The notes below the pieces were generated by a model that saw nothing but the letters and a program-made list of their open reading frames with translations, was not told the origin of the DNA and searched no databases. The position numbers and the translations under genes were made by a program. A stretch of 59,566 nucleotides of DNA, counting the filler, from Sphacelaria rigidula (taxonomy: Eukaryota): the NCBI GenBank assembly GCA_964200075.2. It is 3 parts of 3 records of this genome, joined end to end, with 100 filler letters (N's around TTAATTAATTAA, not from the genome) between each part and the next. Parts side by side here need not be neighbours in the genome. Positions count along the whole stretch, not along the records: positions 19,897 to 39,685 come from CAXNAA020000614.1; 2 more parts are not named here. One strand, given 5' to 3'. This document shows positions 24,301 through 36,300 of this stretch, one piece after another. Numbering within the stretch: position 1 is the first letter of the stretch; each line of letters begins with the position of its first letter.

Positions 24301-27300
24301 ACTTCTGCATCACGCCGACTTTTGTAGTTCTTTGTAGATACTCAAGTCCTCATGCTTTCAATGACGAAACCAGACTATTATATATATATATATATATATA
24401 CATACTACCCAAGGGGTTACAGTATTGGACTCGTTTGTGTTGTCGTGGTGTTTTGCTGTAATCGTGTTCCGCGTGTGGAGCAGTCGTGGTCTGTTTGCTG
24501 TTGCTCGGCTGGCTTTTTCATTTGGCATGCGAACATCAAATGGGTTGATTCCGTTTTGTTCATGCTCCCTGGTTCATCTGTGATTGGGCAAGATATGACG
24601 TAGCGATAAAAACAATGTTTGAATACTTCCAATGCACCCGGGGATGTGGTCATGATCCACTACGTACGCCCGTTCACCGGATATGGATGTTTCTTCTCGT
24701 GAAGCACATCGGCGCACCGTACTGAGGAGCACTCGGGTCTGACTCGAAACTCACATTTTGCCACAATCCGTTGATACTTTGCATACCAGTAGTCATGATC
24801 CATTGCACTCGTATGGATGGTGTTTTTTCGTGCGGCGTGATTCGGCAGGATATGGTGCTGTGATAGAAACGCCTCCCATGCACCCGGGTTTGATGGGGCT
24901 GTGCATGCCATGGAACGACGCCCTCTCGCACAGGTGAGGTCTTGAAGTGACGCTTTGAGTTGAGTTGAGTTGAGCTGAATTCCTTTTTGGCGCCGGTATA
25001 TGTGAGGATTGCTATGCCTTTTGTGATGTGAAGTGGGCTTCCTTTGTGTTGAGTTTTTCATGCGTCGTGTTGCGGTGGGTTGCTGTGCTTCGCTACGCTG
25101 TACGGTGCTGTGCTTTACTCGCTGTGCTTGACCCCGTTCTGCGTTCGTTGCCTCACCATGCGTTGCCTTGCTATGCGTTGCTCTGTTGCGGGTTGCTGTG
25201 CTTGCCGTGGAAATGATTGGTGTACACAGTCATGCTCTGTTTTGCTACGCTTTTTTTCGGTTGTTCAGTTACATTAACCGGGATTTTTCAATTTGAGGAT
25301 GGATTTTGTTTTTGAGGATGGACCTTGGAAACCTCCATAAGCATCGAAATATTTTCGAATAGAAATGGAAATACACTCTCCGACCGTGATGTCTGGCTTC
25401 TCATCCTCAAAAAAATCCATTCGCCCTTATAAAAGTCCCGTGTTGGTACCAAACAGTTTCGACCTCTATCCTTTCCCGTACAAAAAAACTGTTTTTACTT
25501 GTGATGATCGATCGCCTACAGGCTGCTTCACGCTTATCAACCTAAAAACACCCATCCGCAAAACTTCACGCCGTTTTTAGGAGTTCGTTTCTCAAAAATT
25601 GCACAATTTTGCTGTAGGTCATGAAGCAACTTCCGAAGGTCGAGGTTTCTTCTTCTCTTTCACCTTTTTCACCATTATTCGGGGGTCCCAGGGTTTGGGG
25701 GAAATTGGATCCCGTCGGACCCCCGAAAAACGGTAAAGCAAGTCGAAAAATCGAAGAACCTCGTCCTTCGAGAGTTGCGTAACGATTCATAGCACATCTG
25801 CGCAATGTTTCACGGTCTGAATCCTAAAAACGGCGTGAAGTTTTGCACGTTTGTACGATAACGTGGGCTTGAAACGTGCAAACTCCGAACTACTTAGTTT
25901 TAGTATGAAAACGTCTTTTTGGGGTGAATTTAACGTCGAGGCGACAAAAGCTGGATGAGGTTTTCGAGTTTCTGGACCAAAAATTTTACACATGTTCCTA
26001 GGTCGTGTTCTGCAGGGTACGGGTACGGGTATGTTTTGTAGGGTATGGGATTCCTCACAGATCTTACAGAGCTATCGGGTACCGGTATGAAAGTCTCACA
26101 GAAATTAAAAAACTGTCGGGTACCGGTTTGAAAGTCTTTCATAAAATACAGAACTTGTCGGATACGGTATGGGAGGCTTACCAAAAACTGTACCGGCAAT
26201 CGGGTATTTCTTGAAGGGCATACCCGCCCTCCGGGTACAGGCATGCAGTATGTACAGAACTCACAGAACTGTCGGGTAGGCGTATGTGAGGCGTACAAAA
26301 TTCGCAGAAACTGTCGTGCAGGGTATGGAGGCTGCACAGGGAACCGTACCTGCAATCGGGTATCTTATCAAGAGCGCACCCGTGCCCCCGATAACGGTAC
26401 GGGAGGCTTACAGAGGTCACATAACTATCGGGTAAGGGTATGAAAGTCTTACAGAGTATACAGAACTGTCGGGTACCGGTATGAAAGTGTCGGGTACGGT
26501 GAATACCCGGGAGAATACCCCGGGTATACAGAAAACCGTACCCTACAGAACACAACCTTGATATGTCCCTTGGACTACCCCGGGACGCATCATTTCATTT
26601 TTGTTTTGAGGCATTTTGTACTGCCTTCGGGGGGGTCTTAACACTGGGACCCCCCAAACCCGGTAAAGAACGGAAAAAACTTTGACATATTCCCACGAAT
26701 ACAATTTCTGTCATTTGGATCATCGATACCTACGGAACTGCGAGGTTTCAGGGCGATCTGAGCTTCTCTGCGACAGATAAAAGGAAAACCGTCACGAGGC
26801 TCCCTGGATCTTTCGTGCGAATGAAGCATCAGTGGAAATTGGACGACATCGAAACCCCACGTCATTAAAACACCGCGGTTTCGGGTATTATTCGACCCCG
26901 TAGTAACCGTCTCCAAATATGTTTTTCCCGTTAGATTCCCGAGCTGATGGCGGTTATCATGATTCGAAGCGTGTAGACCTTGCGTGAAAATTGGGCTTGG
27001 AATTCGTATTTCCGATTTCAGAACAATTTGGAGGGCGCTGGTTGGTCGAGGTACCTTTTCGCCCTTAGCGCCACCACTGTGGTCTTTACCACAAATCCGG
27101 CTATACTACGCTCTTCAGCTTTCCATGGTGGTCAGTATGAGGAACATATATGCGACTGTCGGGTAGGTATTACGAAGGGCATTTACTGATGACACAATTT
27201 CAGGTGATGAGCGTGAATCAGCCTGTATTCACACGGGATTGTACAAGTTGCGGATTTTTTTTTCCAGGATAGGCGAGGCCACACATCACGGCCGGATAGT

Positions 27301-30300
27301 GCATTTGCATTTTATTCAAATTTATTTCGATGCTTATGAAGGTTACCAAGGTTCACCCTCAAAACTAAATCCATCCTCAGTTTGGAAAGTTCCGTGTTCG
27401 TTACTGTTCTCCCCCATGTAGAACGGAAATGCATTGCGTTTCGTCGGTTACGTTCAAGTGTTTCCCCCTTTTTTTCTCTCCTTCTACGATGGGCCAAGCG
27501 TTCAAACTGAGGCAAGGCCTGTCCCGTGGCTTGCCTCTCGCTCCGACGCAATATTGCAATAGCCCGGCATTATGTCTTCTCTTGTGTACAGGGGTGATTC
27601 TCGCTCGTGTTAATGACGCACTTTCGCCGGCGTTTTTGTTGTGCATCCCCCCTTCCCTCCCCTCCCCTCCCCGCAGAAGAAAAAAATCAAGAAAGACAGG
27701 ACATTCTTCTAGACACTCAACAACGCGCAGGCCTTGAGCTACTGTTTGTAAGGGAAAACAAATGAAAAAGTTCGGAAAAGTGCCTAGTTTGACCCTCCTC
27801 CTTGGGGGAAATCGCAAGGCTTGACAACAGAAGGCCTCGTCGGTGAACTCCAGGTACACTTTGCGCTGAATCAAGAATGTGACGTATAGTCCTTCCAAAG
27901 CCGACATGTTACCTCACACGAGTCCACATTGTTTCAGCGGGTCAAGGTATTTTTATGGCCTACACGAGTGCGTATCTCTCGCAATCTTCGCACCCTTTAG
28001 TTTTCCCCTCAATCCCAACCCCCGCACTTCACACCCCTTTTGTTGGGCCCCCGGGAAAATTATCCCGTCTAGTCGGAAAGCTCCTCAACTCTGTGAAGGT
28101 CCGGGTCCGTAGTTGGACGCGATATGATGCTCAGACCGGCTTCTGGGGGATACTAGGAATTGATGTATTTTGTGGAGACAACACCTGCCTCTGTAGAAAG
28201 GGCAGCGCCACGCATGATACCCGCCATGATCGATTGGGTGATGAATTGGTGGTCGCACACCAACTGATCCCCGAGGTAGTCATGATCCAGCCGTGGCCAT
28301 TATCCAAAATACAAACGTGCCCAAGGTACGTACAAAACGCAAACACTCGGAGAAGGATACTCGAGAAATCATGCTTTTGTAAGCCCCGGTCATCAACGTA
28401 TTGCCGTCTCAGTAATTCGAAACAGCAGCCGTAACTCCAAGTGTAAATGTGGCCATACAGCTACCAAAATATCAGCACCCACTGGAGACGCTTGATGGAA
28501 AACAACGAGAAGGCGTGCACCCGGCTTCGTTCAACAACGTTGACAAAAGTGCTGCTGATCGCCTATTGGCTGGAACTTTTTTTTTCCGCAACAGTCGTTC
28601 CAGGCGCCCATGTCCTTTTAGCGTCCATCTACTGTACGCCTACCAAAACCACCCTTCAAATAGTCGCCGGATTCTCAGCGGACAAATCTCGGAACATAAT
28701 CCCACAGGGTTTGGAGCTCGAAAGCAACAACGTAGATAGCAGCTGCAGCAGCTGCTTGAGTCACCTCATCAATGTGTAAAAATACTCGTTGAAAAGTGAC
28801 TTGATATTTTCTCCCCTGTTTCTCCCAGTATAGGGTGGGAGTCTCTACCATGCCGCTACTCAGCCGATCTCTCCTGTGAGTGTTTTCGGCATCTCATCGA
28901 TATCGCTCTAATGTTTGCTGATCCGCGGTCAGTCCTCGACGATCTCTTGAAACAATGTTCTTCGCAACTGAGAGTCCGGCATCTGGCTCCAATCACTCAC
29001 TCAACCCCTTCGACCTCCCTCCTTTTTTCCTCCCAGGATTGTGCCATCATTTGCTGTCGGCTAGTTTTCAGGGAATGGAATTGGGTCCCTGTGTGCACCG
29101 CCAAAACGGTGTTCAAAGTTGGATATTCCAGGCTGTTTTTGCTTCTTGATGTATATAATGTACTCTCCATCGAGCAAAGCAAACGTAGTATTCCCTGTGT
29201 TTGAAGGTCCCTGGTTTACAGGGGAGGCCTTCGCTGCGGTATGCGGCAAGCCGGGACGGGTGTTCACCCCGTTGTTATATGAACTATTAATAGTATGGTG
29301 AAGAATAATACTGCATAACACGTACCATTACTCGTACTCGAGTTGTGAGCACTCGGCAGTCTGCCTAGTATACCCCAAGTTTCGCTGGTGCCTACGTGGA
29401 CTGGACACCAAGAGTGACATCAACACGTAGTACTGCAGTGCGGCTAAACATGAGAAAAGTGAGGCGTTTCCTGTAGTGTAGTAGGGTAGGCCTGTATATT
29501 GCACACATATACCGATACATTTTTTTCCCTCTTTTTTTTTTTCTTCTTTTCTTCGTGTACTCTGTTTCACCTTTTTTTCAGTTCACTCTACTCAAGCGAA
29601 CGTTTTCATTTCATTCTAATCTCGGGTACGTACGTCGATCTCGTGGATAATGACCCCGGCTGGATCATGACTCCTCGGGACGATCAGTTTAAGTGCGACA
29701 ATCAATCAGGCCGTGTCCAGTCCCGCTTGGTTCGGGCACACACAAATATATCTACTGATCGCCCCCCGCCCGCCCGCCCCCGGTTTGGGTGAACCAAATA
29801 TTTCAGGGGTATGGTGACATTTTGTAGATTACGCTAATACCCCTGGTTTTTACGCGAACATTTGTTTGCGGCCCGAAAACAAACTGGGTTCACCAGGAAA
29901 CGTCGACATGTACTGGAATCCTGATCAAGACGGTGAAGCTTGTCATTGCAGGGTGACAGTAGGTGACTGGTGGTGGCCTATTAGCGCGCAAGGCAACGCC
30001 GTGGGACGAATGTGGAGAATGTTCCCATGTCTATTTTTTCATGTATTCCCCACAGGCTGTGCGTGGTCTCAACCGACGACCACAAGATGCAGAACGAGTG
30101 GGCATAAGGGAGTAAATGGATGCATGGATGGACGAATTGATGAGGGTGAATTTAGCGGGCCGGTAGAACGGCGTGATTGAAGTTTACGACGTTTTGAGAA
30201 TTCGCTCGACAACGCGCCGCGAAGGTGTGACTAGCAAGGAGTCGTTTTTTTTCTTTGTTGCCGGCCACCAGGTTCGCGGATTCATACCTGGAGATAGCAG

Positions 30301-33300
30301 CAGGCCATGTCATACCGTTCAGTGAAGGTGCCCCTATTTTGTGGTGTGGTCTGCGAAGCTCTCATACGCGAGCACCGTCTCTGTGTCAGGGTACACGGCA
30401 ATCGAGTCCTGTTCCGCGGTTTTGGTGTCCACAGCGTGGCGATTATGATAATGTGTCTATTTTGCCCATGTTGTACAGCATTCGTACATCGAGTCTTGCT
30501 GTGGCGTATGTATGAAGTACCGTGTCGAGCCGTGTTGTGCACGACATTTTACATTTCACGTATCACATGTGCATCCCTTTTTTTATTTACGTCACAATTT
30601 CAACCCCCCCCCATCCCCCCGTCGGGACGAGTCCGTGGTCTCAAGGGATCAATCCTTCTCCCCCGGTACACGCCTTGCATTTTGGTCTCGCGGATTGGAT
30701 CATGACCTAACACTTCCGCACCGCGTCAACTCTCGTTTAGCAAACTCGGTCAAACTCTTTTTGCCACTCATGTATCGACGATGGAAAATTTTTACTTTTG
30801 AGGAAGAAAAAGGAGCCAAACACATCTTGTACACACACATATATATATATATATATAAATGCGTACATTGCATTTAAATCCTGTTCTTTTCCTACATTTT
30901 GTTTTTTTTCGTGCTCCTCCATTGTGCGTGGGTGCCGTGTCGTCCTTACAGGCTGACCGTCGCAATGGCCCGTGAAATGTCTGTTTTTCTGTGCATCGGG
31001 AGGGATCGTTCGAGCGCCGATAACAGGATCTTGCTTGGGCCTCAGGGAGACCCCGTAGTGAAGTGAGTGGATACTGTGTCTGCTTTGATACCTCCCAGTG
31101 CCGTGTAACTGTACCTTTGGCGCAGCGAGTGTCGTCGAGCATCCCGTGTTCAATATATTTTGGTCCCTCAGCTTCAACGCTTCCACTGCAAAGATGAGGG
31201 TTGTTTACTTGAGTTCCATGCGTACCTCCAAAGTGAGCGTATGTGATCCGATCTTGGTCTGCAGATGTTCCCGCGGTAAAGATCGGTTACATCTCACAGA
31301 TGAGTTTAGATTATCAGATCAAATATACCGGCGTTATTGTGTCATTCTAGAACACTTTTTTTCTACAACCGTCGCCTTCCGATCTATCTCGTTCATGTGT
31401 CGATCTACTCGGTGTGAGGAAGATAGACGCTTCCTGCTTGCCCTGTCAGGGTCACCAGGGACAGCGGTGTACATGCTTGCGACGAGATTGTTTGACAACG
31501 GGACTTCTCGTCCGGTATGGCGGGTGCAAAACTCGGATTTTTTTTTTTCAGAGTTCGAGCTTTCGTTGGTGCGATGCAAGGCCACGTGAAGACGGAGCTT
31601 CCACGGTTCGGATGAATAAAATCGTGATTCGACTCATATTCAACATTTGGACAAATCAATCATACGATTCGTACACAAGCTGTGATTTGTACATGTTCTG
31701 GGTTCGTGATTCGTACAACACTACTTTGAGTGTACACATTCCCGGTTCGTGATTCGTGCGGTACACCGTCGAAGGTACACGTTTGCCACCTTCCATTCGT
31801 ATGGTGTGAATCATAGGTACATGTTTCCCAGTTTCCCGTCGTTCAGCATGAATCATGGGCATATGTTCCCCAGCTTCCATTCATACGAGGCGAATCAAGC
31901 GTACATGATTCCTAATTTCCGTTCATGCAGCATAAATCATTTGTACATGTTCCCCACCTTTCATTCACACGACATGAATCATACACATATGTTTCCCACC
32001 TTTCATTCATACGAGGTGAATCAAGCGTAAATGGTTCCCAATTTGCTTTCATGCAGCATAAAACATACGTACATGTTCTCTACCTTCCACTCACACGAGA
32101 TGGATCACCACGCTTCCGATTTTTCATTTTTTCAGCGTGGATCGTACGTACATGTTTTCCCACCTTCTGTTCATATCATATAAATAATGAGAACACGTTG
32201 TTTTCCACCTGTTATATCATGGGCCGCGAGTCTTCGGTGGCGCCGCCCCTTTGCACGTGGGGGTAGGAAAATAATGGCGTACAGGACGCGAACCCCTCAG
32301 AAGCCAAATCCGCAACAAACCCAATTTCAAATTTTGTACTCACATATACTATATTAACCATATTACAACACGCGTCTGCGTGCCGAGGGTGTTTTTTCTA
32401 GCATTTTGTTTTACCGAGGTACGCTATTAACAGCCTTTATGGATTCATGATGTGCGGTCTGTGGTACAGTTGACCTGAACACACTGTATACAATACCACG
32501 AGCACTTGCGAAGAACATAGCACCAGCACCAGCTCCAGTCGTCCTCGCGTGCTCTCGGGAGTTTCCAGGAAACTCCGGCAGTGTACATTGCAGTCCGCAG
32601 ACAGAACGGTACAGCATGGCACAACACGCATCTGTGTGCGTAGAGTGATCCTTCTAGCTTTCTTTCCCCTTTGATTCATACAGCGGAAGTCATGTGATTT
32701 ATGCACATGTTCTCCACGTTGCGTTCGTGAGCATGAAGCATAGATACCTGTTTCCCACCTTCCAATTATACGAGGTGGATCAAGCGTACATATATCTCCC
32801 CTTTCATCCATGCAGCATGTAAATCATAGGCACACGTTCTTCACCTTTCATTCATACGAGGTGAATCACGGGTATTTGTTTCCCGTTTTCTGTTCGTGCA
32901 CGATGAATCATAGGTACATGCTCTCGGCCTTCCATCCGTACGAGGTGAATCAAGCGTACATGTTTTCCAATTTTCGTTCATGCAGCATGAGGCATACGTA
33001 CACATTTCCCACCTTCGATTCACACGACATGAACAAAGTGTACATGTTTCCCACCCATGATTCATACAGGAATTGTGATTCATAGATATAGTCGCCGCGC
33101 CCCGGCGGTGTAATGGTCCGACTGTCGCCATCAGGTGGGAGAGAATGGGGGGTTCGATTCCCGATGCGTTGGGTCTTTTTCTTCGTAATGTATGATCTCC
33201 ACCGTGGAAAGCGTGAGAACTTGAGTAAACAAAAGTAGTCGACTGGGTTTGTGTGACGAGAGTTGACGCGATGCGGGAGTGCTGATCCAATCCGCGAGTT

Positions 33301-36300
33301 CCAAACTGAAAGGCACGTACCGGGGGAGAGATGGGTTGGTCCCTTGAGACAACGAACTCATCCGGAGGAAGGGGAGGGGTTTCGAGTGTGAGGGAAAAAA
33401 AAGAAGAAGATATGTTGCACTATTCATTTGTCTAATACATTCTAAAGTGTACACACTCCCAGTTCGTAATTCGTGCGGTATGACCTTGAACGTACAACTC
33501 TACCATCCGTGATTCATACCGGGTGACTCTTTGGTACATGATTTGCATAAAACAATTCATGGAGAGTCAACCTGTATAAACTCTGATTCGTCCAAACCGT
33601 GGAACCTTCGCGACATGAGAATAGGCAGACGCGACGGTGCCTTTTCGTTTTTATCCCCAGAGGACGGGGGCAAGATGAAAAGAAAGCACTCGTGGAGAAA
33701 GTGTAGTTACACCTGTTGGTGGTCACAACATCTGACGTTTAGTGGATGTCGCCCGATAGCTGTTGCACCGGGTGCGATGTCTTGAGACCGATGGTGAAAC
33801 GCTCGACGCATGCATGTCATCTCTGCAGAATTCAGACATATTGTGGAAGACGCCTCTTTGCAGTGAAATATCAGAGACTGATGCCACACATGTATGAAGA
33901 ATCAGAGCATGCAGGCACAAGGTAGGAACGGTCCGAGAGGACCAGATTATCGAGGACCCTGTAATGCCAATGATACTAGACAACCTGGGGTGATGCCAGG
34001 AAGAGCCTGATATTAGGACGGACCAACATCCATCTAGAAACGGTCCGCCCCCTGGTGACCACTTCTCGTCTGACCCAACTTCTTGCCTACATATACAAGA
34101 GGAAATGATCGCCAGCCTTGGAGTGCCTTCGGCATCAGGACGACATCTCCCAAGACAGCCTCCTCCTTAGTCTGTCTACCCTGGCGATACGCCTTCCTCA
34201 CAATATAGTATGCATCATGCGGTTACAGCTTGGGACTAAATAAACATGACTTATTGCGCGGTAACCTGCGGGTGTTGTCCATATCCCCGGGGCTAAAGGT
34301 AATGTGCCTCGATTGTTACTGTTGATACAGCTGTACCCAGATGTTTTTGATATTCATTCTGTTTCTCGAGGGTCCTAGAGCGAATGGTCCCGTTTATTTA
34401 ACCCGTGAGTAAATCTACAGTACAGTACTTGTGATAACCACTGGAGTTGTGGCGGATCGCTTTATGATGCGAAAATCTATTGATCAACAATTTGAATAGC
34501 CGTCCCTTATTGGCAGTCTTGTATTGCACGACTTGGTCATTGTTCTCGCCCCTCTCCGTGGTTTATATCTTTGCATGTGTACATGTCTGCCGAGACAGGT
34601 ATACACTTGAAAAGGAGGATGGCCAAGTGCTCGTGCGGGCACGATCAGAAATGGTGAGGCGCTTGTGGGAAAAAAATAAGAGAAACGACATAACCACGTG
34701 GAAAACAATCGAGGGTAAAAAAGGTTGAAAATTATCATCTGATTGGGCTGGACAAAAATCAGAGGCAGCAGGTAATCTCAAAAACATGGAAGGAGGCTGC
34801 GCCGCCTTCGTGCTGGGCTGAGAAGATGAAACAATAGAACAACCAAAATGTCGTGTCGTTAACAAGAAGTACTATGGGTTTTGCTTTTTTAAGCCATGGA
34901 CTTGAAGGACATGTGGGATCATCCCCGACAGGAGAGCGTTTCCATTTTCGTTCGTATCCCCAACCTCCCTGTACAAGATGAGGGTGAAGCAGGAGACCCC
35001 CCTCCTTACACCGCCCACCCCCCCTCTTCCTCGCGGCAAGTCCTTAGTGTCGAGGGATCGACCCATCTCTTCCCCGGTACTCGCTTCGCACGTTGTCGTC
35101 ATCTAGCATCGGACAAGAAGGTTTTCGCGGTGGCATTCAAGGACGCTTGAGTCGAATGAGTCGAGCTGGTACAACACTGACTGGTTTTTAGGCGAACGTT
35201 GGTGCGCTTGAATCCCGAGGCAATATCATCATCTTCGTTTGTGCGTTGACGTGAGAATCGAGAGTTGGCAATGGAGGGAAAAAAAAAACTGAATACGAGC
35301 TGGGTCAGCTTGAAGCACTCTCTTGGCGCTCAATCAGGCTTGCACGACCCGTTTGAAGGGGTTAGAAGCTGAAATTCTGAAACAAGATGTATGCCAAGAC
35401 GTAAAAACGTACTGAAATAGCCGTGAAAAATACAAACTTCATAAATCAGGAAGTATATTATGAGTATCTGGTTGTTATAATACGTGCAGAGCGTAGGTGC
35501 AACGGTTAGCTAAAAACTCCTCAAATTGGCCCGCGCATTCCACATTTTGTGCGGCACCGTTGCACCTCTTCGCCTAACTCCTGTAAGATACATCCACAAG
35601 GGCGGAAGGTCACGAGTTCGAATCCTGATATATGCTCCTTTTTGTTGTTGCAGAATCTGGTTCCGTCGTTGAGGTCATATATCATGCAGTCCATTTTTTT
35701 TCTTTTAGCGGCAGCGTGTGCATCAGCAAGTTGGTCTGCAGTTGGCAGCGATATACTCACATCAGGTTACTTTTGGGGTACTGAAAATTTTCTCGTGTGC
35801 TGGAGAAATCGCATTCAGGCTCGCCCAACTCGTTCCCGGAAAATATCGGCGAGTTGGGTGAGTGCTGGTGCAGTGCTTAGTACTGCCAGCAAACCGTAAC
35901 GTGGCCAGTGCCAGGGAAGAGATCGGTTGATCCCTTTGATACTGCGGAACCGTCCAGAGGCAGGTGAGGGAGTTGGAAATATGACGGAAAGAAGGACGTT
36001 CTGGTCGAAGGGTCAATACCTTCTTTTTCATGCCGTGGCGGAGGTATTCGGAATATTTCCGAGATGCTTCGGAAAACGCGATACTGCAGATACTAAGTAT
36101 TCCATTGGGCCTTTTTACGCCGGATGCACAGGTGTTATACCGCGGCTGGATGATCACTCGTAGCGGATTTGCTGACGTGCGACAATCAGTAGGTCAATCA
36201 CTCTGTTTGTCCTGAGAAGGCGACAGAAAAGAAGAAAAATATATCAAGAAGAAAAGAAGAAAATAAATGGGGTTTGTTTTGCATGCCAGGTGAAACAAAA

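Noticed and set aside
29037-29065. Strong acceptor (TTTTTTCCTCCCAG) as a GMC exon
   Set aside because: The required phase gives an early TAG; exon 30952-31062 fits phase and homology instead.
31749-33085. ORFs with 14-aa repeats (YMFPTFHSYEVNQA), or a CRISPR-like array
   Set aside because: By-product of a 42-bp intronic minisatellite; units are adjacent with no unique spacers and no cas genes are present.
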